From contig JBIOTN010000032.1 of the NCBI GenBank assembly GCA_044866005.1, positions 1 to 10,940 of the forward strand: 10,940 nucleotides of DNA, written 5' to 3'. Every line of letters begins with the position of its first letter. Position 1 is the first letter of the stretch. A program made the translations under genes and the position numbers. Under the pieces are notes generated by a model. That model did no database searches. It was not told where the DNA came from and was given only the letters and a program-made list of their open reading frames with translations. Source of the DNA: Candidatus Rokuibacteriota bacterium. GTDB taxonomy: Bacteria > Methylomirabilota > Methylomirabilia > Rokubacteriales > DASRDR01. Positions 6,360-10,940 of the stretch are shown here, in pieces.

Positions 6360-7241
6360 GTGGCGCGAGACACCGCGATCGCGTTCATCGGCGTGCCGTT
6401 CGACGGCGCGGCGACGCTCGGCTGGCCGGGCGCGCGCTACGCGCCGGCCGAGGTGCGCCGGCAGCTCGGCTGGATGTCCATGCGCGTGCAGGAGGGCGCG
6501 ATCTACTGGATCGACGAGGACCGGATCGTCTCCTTCGATCCCGCGCGGCTCGTGGACACGGGCGACGCCGCCGTCGTCCCCCACGACCTCATGGCGACCC
6601 TCGCGGCGGTGCGCGCCAAGACGCGGGCCGAGACGGAAGCCGGCCGGATCCCGGTCGTCGTGGGCGGCGACGATTCCATCCTCTTCCCCGCGGTCGCGGG
6701 CTTCCACGACGCCACGGCCGGCTCGGTCGGCGTCGTCCACTTCGACGCGCACCTCGACCTCCTCGACGAGTCCCACGCCCAGGGCCGCTACAGCCAGTCC
6801 AGCGGGATGCGGCGCGCGCTCGAGCTGCCGCGAGTCGCCGCTCGCCATTCGGTCCAGGTCGGGACGCGGAACTTCAACTTCCCGTCCTCGAAGCGGTTCA
6901 TCGACCAGGTCGGCCTGACCGAGCTGCCCGCGAAGGCGGTGGCGCGGCAGGGCATCGGCTGGGCGCTCGATCGCGTCACCGCCGTCGTGCGGGGCGCCGA
7001 CCACGTCTTCGTCTCCGTGGACATGGACGTGCTGGACCCCGCGCACGCTCCTGGCGTGGGCTGGCACGAGCCGGGCGGGCTCACGAGCCGGGAGCTCCTG
7101 GACCTCGTGGTGAGCCTGGCCCCGCTCGCCGGCGGGTTCGCCCTGAACGAGGTGAACCCCATGACGGATCAGCGGGCCCAGACGAGCATCCTGGCGGCGA
7201 ATCTGGTGTTCCAGTTCGCGGTGGCCGCCCTCGCCCGCTGA
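6360..7241 (+). CDS. Arginase/agmatinase-family ureohydrolase with a non-canonical active site
   Basis: GTG at 6360 after GGAGGGG. Motifs IGVPFDG, PGARYAPAEVR, GGDDS, HFDAHLD, VQVGTR, SVDMDVLDPAHAPGVG, EPGGL and EVNP. Confidence 0.92.
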   Translation: MARDTAIAFIGVPFDGAATLGWPGARYAPAEVRRQLGWMSMRVQEGAIYWIDEDRIVSFDPARLVDTGDAAVVPHDLMATLAAVRAKTRAETEAGRIPVVVGGDDSILFPAVAGFHDATAGSVGVVHFDAHLDLLDESHAQGRYSQSSGMRRALELPRVAARHSVQVGTRNFNFPSSKRFIDQVGLTELPAKAVARQGIGWALDRVTAVVRGADHVFVSVDMDVLDPAHAPGVGWHEPGGLTSRELLDLVVSLAPLAGGFALNEVNPMTDQRAQTSILAANLVFQFAVAALAR

Positions 7242-7300
7242 GGCGGGGTGGCGCCGCCGACGACCGAGGACGCCGCTAGGCGAAGTCTATCGGCCCTGCC

Positions 7301-7930
7301 CTACATGCGGTTGATGCACTTCACTAGGTGCCACCCGCGCAGGAAGTTCACCCGGCGGGTCACCTCGGGCGTGAGCCCGACCGTCTCGAGGAGCGGCGTG
7401 AGGGCGAGGTTCGTCTTCCAGCCGAGATGCGCGCAGACCGGGGCGAGCGCGTCCTCGATCCGGCGCATCACCGGGTTCTGGCTGCGGAAGTGGTTGAGGA
7501 TGACGATCGAGCCGCCCGGCTTCGTCACGCGTCGCATCTCCCGGAGCACCGCCACCGGGTCGGGCACCGCGCTGATGACGTAGGTCGCCAGGGTGGAGTC
7601 GAAGTCGCAATCCCCGAAGTCCATCGCCGACGCATCCATGACCTTGAGGATGACGTTGTCCATCCGCAAGGTCTCCAGCTTGTCCTGCGCTTTCTTGAGC
7701 ATGCCTTCGGACAGGTCGATCCCGACCAGGTCGATGGCCCGGGGATAGAAGGGCAGGTTCAGCCCGGTCCCGATGCCGACCTCGAGCACGCGCCCGCGGG
7801 GCGGGCTGCCGAGGAGGCGTACCGCAGCGATCCGGCCGGGCTCGAAGATCTTCTTGAAGAGGAAGTCGTAGATGGGCGAGTAGAAGTCGTAGGCCCGCCT
7901 GACCTGCCGCTCCTCCAGCGGGACGTCCAC
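7301..7930 (-). CDS. Class I SAM-dependent methyltransferase resembling phosphatidylethanolamine N-methyltransferase (Rhodobacter-type PmtA-like)
   Basis: SAM motif I VLEVGIGTG, GIDLSEGML, MDAS, VISAVPDP and EMRRVTKPGG. N-terminal AYDFYSPIYDFLF. Shine-Dalgarno GAGGAG before the GTG. The substrate assignment is inference. Confidence 0.85.
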   Translation of the reverse strand: MDVPLEERQVRRAYDFYSPIYDFLFKKIFEPGRIAAVRLLGSPPRGRVLEVGIGTGLNLPFYPRAIDLVGIDLSEGMLKKAQDKLETLRMDNVILKVMDASAMDFGDCDFDSTLATYVISAVPDPVAVLREMRRVTKPGGSIVILNHFRSQNPVMRRIEDALAPVCAHLGWKTNLALTPLLETVGLTPEVTRRVNFLRGWHLVKCINRM

Positions 7931-7980
7931 ATTCCGCTCCTCTTCGCGCGTCGTTCAGGCCGGCCAGGGGCGTCCCCGTA

Positions 7981-8010
7981 GTTCTAGCACGCCGCACCAC
8001 GCGCTGCCAA
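7981..8010 (-). promoter_or_regulatory. Possible sigma70 promoter for the methyltransferase
   Basis: Minus strand TTGGCA (8010-8005), 18-nt spacer ending TGC, then TAGAAC (7986-7981). The -10 lacks the conserved final T. Confidence 0.3.
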
Positions 8011-8040
8011 GCGCGTTCTGGGCATGCAAACGCGATTCCG

Positions 8041-9393
8041 TTATTGCAGAAACCGGAGGAGGAGCGTCGCAAGCCCCAGAAACGAGAGGAATCCCGAGCA
8101 GTCGGTGAAGGTGGTGACGATGACGCCGGTCGCGACGGCGGGGTCCACGCGCAGGAGCTTGAGCACCACGGGGATGAGGGTTCCGGCGAGCGCGGCGACG
8201 AGCATGTTCGTGATCATGGCGAGCCCGAGGATCAAGCCGAGCAGGGGGCTGCCCTTCCACAGATAGGCGATGAGGCCGGCCACGAGACCGGTCCCGATGC
8301 CGTTGGCGAGGCCGATGAGCGCCTCGCGGGCCAGCACCTTGCGCGTGTTGGCGAGCGTGAGGTCGCCCAGCGCGATCGCGCGCACGATGACCGTGAAGGT
8401 CTGGATCCCGGCGTTGCCGCCCATCCCGGCGACGATGGGCATGAAGACGGCGAGCACGGCGAGGGCCTGGATGGACGGCTCGAAGAAGCCGACGACGGTG
8501 GCGGCGAGGACCGCGGTCGGCAGGTTGACGAGCAGCCAGAAGAGTCGGCGCCGGACGACCTTGCCCGCGGGATCGAAGATCGTCTCGTCGCCCGCGACGC
8601 CGCCCAGCCGGTGGATGTCCTCGGTCGCCTCCTCGTGGATCACGTCGATCACGTCGTCCACGGTGATCGTGCCGAGGAGGCGGTTGTCCTTGCTGACGAC
8701 GGGGACCGCGAGGAGGTTGTGCTTCGTGACGAGCCGCGCGACCTCTTCCTGGTCGGTGTCCGCGGTGACGCTGACGACGTCGGTGCGCCGGATGGCGTGG
8801 ACCGGCGTCGCCGGATCCGCGGTGATCAGGCGTCTGAACGGCACCACGCCGACCAGGTGCTCGTGGTCGTCGACCACGTACACGTAGAAGATCCCCTCCG
8901 CCGTCGCCGACTTCCGCAGGTGGTCGAGGGCCTGTGCGACCGTCATGTCCTCGTGCACGGCCACGAACTCGGGCGTCATGATGCCGCCCGCGGTGGACTC
9001 GCCGTACTGGAGCAGCTCCTGGACCTCCTCGGACTCCTCGGCCTTCATGCGGTCGAGGATCTGCTCGGCCTGCTCCTCCGGCAGCGTCTCGACGACGTCG
9101 GCCGCCTCGTCCGGCGGCATGCGGTCCAGGATCTCCGAGACCTCGTCGTGGCCCAGGGACTGGACCAGCGCGAGCAAGGTCTCGTCGTCCATCTCGGCGA
9201 GGACGCTGCCGGCCTGCTCCCGCGTGAGGTGACGGAAGACCGTGACCTGATCCGGGAGCGGCAGCTCGCGGAGCACGTGGGCGAGGTCCGCGGGGTGCGT
9301 CGCGGCGAGGCTCGCCCGGAGCGGCTCGATGGCCTCCTCGCCGAGGAGCTTCTGGATCTCCTCGAGGCGGTGCGCGGTCTCTTCGACTTCCAT
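8041..9393 (-). CDS. mgtE: Magnesium transporter MgtE
   Basis: N-terminal HPADLA acidic helical domain, CBS pair (TAGGIMTPEF, YVYVVD, LLGTITVDDVID) and a transmembrane domain with MPIVAGMGGNAGIQ and DPAVATGVIVTTFTD (Mg-binding Asp). Confidence 0.97.
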   Translation of the reverse strand: MEVEETAHRLEEIQKLLGEEAIEPLRASLAATHPADLAHVLRELPLPDQVTVFRHLTREQAGSVLAEMDDETLLALVQSLGHDEVSEILDRMPPDEAADVVETLPEEQAEQILDRMKAEESEEVQELLQYGESTAGGIMTPEFVAVHEDMTVAQALDHLRKSATAEGIFYVYVVDDHEHLVGVVPFRRLITADPATPVHAIRRTDVVSVTADTDQEEVARLVTKHNLLAVPVVSKDNRLLGTITVDDVIDVIHEEATEDIHRLGGVAGDETIFDPAGKVVRRRLFWLLVNLPTAVLAATVVGFFEPSIQALAVLAVFMPIVAGMGGNAGIQTFTVIVRAIALGDLTLANTRKVLAREALIGLANGIGTGLVAGLIAYLWKGSPLLGLILGLAMITNMLVAALAGTLIPVVLKLLRVDPAVATGVIVTTFTDCSGFLSFLGLATLLLRFLQ

Positions 9394-9402
9394 CGCGATC
9401 GC

Positions 9403-9696
9403 TCAGGCGCCCGGCGGCGGGCCCGGCGGTCCGGCGGGCCGGCGGGGCGCGGGCGGCAACGCGGGCTCGCCGCTCGGGGTCACCGCGCGACCCCGCCGCC
9501 AGCGGCGGACCCGTCCGACCAGGCCGGCGAGCCATGCGATCAGCGCCCCCGCCGCGGTCGCGCCGAGCGTGACGACCGCGACCGAGGCCTCGACCTGCCA
9601 GACCAGGAAGTTCACCTTGACCACGCTGGCGTTCTGGAGAGCGAAGAGCGCGACGGCGAGCAGGAGCAGGGTCAGGAGGATGAAGATGAGCTGCAT
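9403..9696 (-). CDS. LapA (DUF1049) family small membrane protein
   Basis: Two hydrophobic segments flanking FALQNASVVKVNFLVWQ, typical of the LapA domain, followed by a basic, Pro-rich tail. Confidence 0.8.
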   Translation of the reverse strand: MQLIFILLTLLLLAVALFALQNASVVKVNFLVWQVEASVAVVTLGATAAGALIAWLAGLVGRVRRWRRGRAVTPSGEPALPPAPRRPAGPPGPPPGA

Positions 9697-9707
9697 GGCC
9701 TACTCAT

Positions 9708-9736
9708 TCGGAGGGGGCCTCGACGGCCCCCTCCGA
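9708..9736 (+). repeat. REP-like 29-bp palindrome (perfect 12-bp stem)
   Basis: TCGGAGGGGGCC-TCGAC-GGCCCCCTCCGA, followed by TGCTCCCCA. Identical to 5087-5115 at 28/29 positions. Confidence 0.9.
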
Positions 9737-9788
9737 TGCTCCCCACACGATGACCAGAACCTCGCCACCGACTGCTGCCGACGGCGCC

Positions 9789-10433
9789 TCAGGAGCGCAG
9801 GAGGTCCTTCGCGCCGGTGGTGCCGCTCTTGACCAGCTCGAGGGTCCCCGTCGGGAAGGCGCCTTTCACGAGGCCGAGCGCCGGGACCTGGTCGGAAACC
9901 CACACGGTCCCGTCGCGATAGGCGGCGCGCGTGGCGGTGAAGCGCCCGGCGGGCACGGCGACCGTCTCTTCCGGGCCTTTCACCGCCGCCTGCCGGAACG
10001 GCCGCAGGCCGTTCTCCGGCGTGTCGATCACGCCCTTCCCCCGCTGGATGACGCTCCGCACGGCCTTGCCGGACTGGCGGTCCACCCGGACCTGCGTCAC
10101 CGACAGCGCCGGGCCGTCCACGCTCGGCTGGGTGACGATCTGGAGCGTGTAGGTCCGGGCGTCGGCCTTCACGATCGAGTACGTCACGAAGAGCGGGGCC
10201 GGGGGCGCCGATTCGCGCGCCAGCGACCAGCTGACCTGGCCGCCCTGCCCCTCCTGCCGGACGAGCACGGGCACTTCCTGCTTGAGCGACGACGTCCACT
10301 GGTAGGTCGCCCACGCGCCGACTCTCGGCTCGGGGAGGGACCCCGGGGGCGTCGCCGCGCGCGCGGGCAAGACGGGCGCCAGGGGGAGCACGAGGAGCGC
10401 CAGCAGCGGGAGGATCATCGCGGTCAGGGTCAT
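9789..10433 (-). CDS. Secreted/periplasmic hypothetical protein, beta-strand-rich, with an ETVAVPAGRF motif
   Basis: ATGA overlap with the pal stop codon, signal peptide ending PARA, and protein-like composition unlike the shadow frames. Confidence 0.75.
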   Translation of the reverse strand: MTLTAMILPLLALLVLPLAPVLPARAATPPGSLPEPRVGAWATYQWTSSLKQEVPVLVRQEGQGGQVSWSLARESAPPAPLFVTYSIVKADARTYTLQIVTQPSVDGPALSVTQVRVDRQSGKAVRSVIQRGKGVIDTPENGLRPFRQAAVKGPEETVAVPAGRFTATRAAYRDGTVWVSDQVPALGLVKGAFPTGTLELVKSGTTGAKDLLRS

Positions 10434-10940
10434 CGGCCGGTCCTCACCAGGAAGTGCGCGCGGCGGTTCAGGGCCCAGGCGAGCTCGTCGTGGCCCGGAT
10501 CGAGCGGACGCTCCTCGCCGTAAGAGATGGTCTCGATGCGATCGGCCGGCACGCCGAGCGACACGAGGTAGTCCTTGGCGGCCTGGGCGCGTCGCTCGCC
10601 GAGGGCCAGGTTGTACTCCGTGGTGCCCCGCTCGTCGGCGTGGCCCTCGATCCGGATGGCGAAGGCGGGGTTCGCCTTGAGGGCCTGCGCCAGGTCCTCG
10701 AGCGTGCGCCGAGCCTCGGTGCCGAGGTCGTACTGGTCGAACTCGAAGTGGAGGTCACGCACCGCCGCGCGCATCGGCGGCGGCAGGGCCGCGGGCGGCA
10801 CCGCCGCCGTGGGCGGCGGCGCGCCGGGCGCGCCCGGCGCGGCGGGGGCACCGGGCGCACCGGGCGCCGCAGGCGCGCCGGGCGCACCGGGCGCGGCGGG
10901 GGCACCGGGCGCGCCGGGCGCCGCGGGCGCGGCCACACCC
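10430..10940 (-). CDS. pal: Peptidoglycan-associated lipoprotein Pal (OmpA C-terminal domain), 5' end beyond the window edge
   Basis: LHFEFDQYDL, IEGHADERGTTEYNLALGERRA, IETISYGEERP and AWALNRRAHF. The frame stays open to the window end and no lipobox is visible within the window. Confidence 0.9.
   Translation of the reverse strand, partial: GVAAPAAPGAPGAPAAPGAPGAPAAPGAPGAPAAPGAPGAPPPTAAVPPAALPPPMRAAVRDLHFEFDQYDLGTEARRTLEDLAQALKANPAFAIRIEGHADERGTTEYNLALGERRAQAAKDYLVSLGVPADRIETISYGEERPLDPGHDELAWALNRRAHFLVRTGR
10817..10924 (-). repeat. Coding tandem repeat of 4 x 27 nt encoding (AAPGAPGAP)4
   Basis: Translation gives four exact AAPGAPGAP units, with synonymous codon variation between them. 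Confidence 0.9.

Noticed and set aside
7242..7300. Bidirectional terminator between the ureohydrolase and the methyltransferase
   Set aside because: Only short stems (GGCGG/CCGCC and TAGGC-GAA-GTCTA) with no U-tracts, which is within chance expectation at this GC content.
7995..8010. Sigma54 promoter on the minus strand (TTGGCA...TGC)
   Set aside because: The GG to GC spacing is one base longer than the strict -24/-12 requirement.
1276..9753. Long antisense or overlapping ORFs (e.g. 1276..2676-, 1538..3049-, 3795..4700-, 7955..9535-, 8044..9753+)
   Set aside because: These are expected stop-poor shadow frames in very GC-rich DNA. They have no recognisable motifs and each overlaps a well-supported gene.

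Overview
Very GC-rich bacterial chromosomal region made up mostly of housekeeping genes. Plus strand: folE, an A-type Fe-S carrier (IscA/ErpA/HesB family), moaD, moaE, tilS and an HtrA/DegP protease. These are followed by a divergent pair: a membrane-anchored alpha/beta hydrolase (-) and an arginase/agmatinase-family ureohydrolase (+). A minus-strand run then reads pal (5' end outside the window), a secreted hypothetical protein, a LapA-family protein, mgtE and a PmtA-like SAM methyltransferase. No transposase, integrase, cas gene, tRNA or rRNA was seen. The most notable features are: (1) a modular REP/BIME-like palindromic repeat family in four intergenic spaces, including a 43-bp tandem array; (2) a MoaD whose Gly-Gly motif is masked by an 8-residue tail and lies one base out of frame with moaE; (3) a ureohydrolase with two non-canonical active-site residues; (4) overlapping divergent -10 elements, one apparently leaderless; (5) a Pro/Ala/Gly repeat linker in Pal. 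Composition and the repeat are reminiscent of Candidatus Rokubacteria (Methylomirabilota), but this is recollection and was not verified. I cannot support a complete novel multi-gene system from this window; the repeat family and the MoaD/MoaE junction are the best leads.
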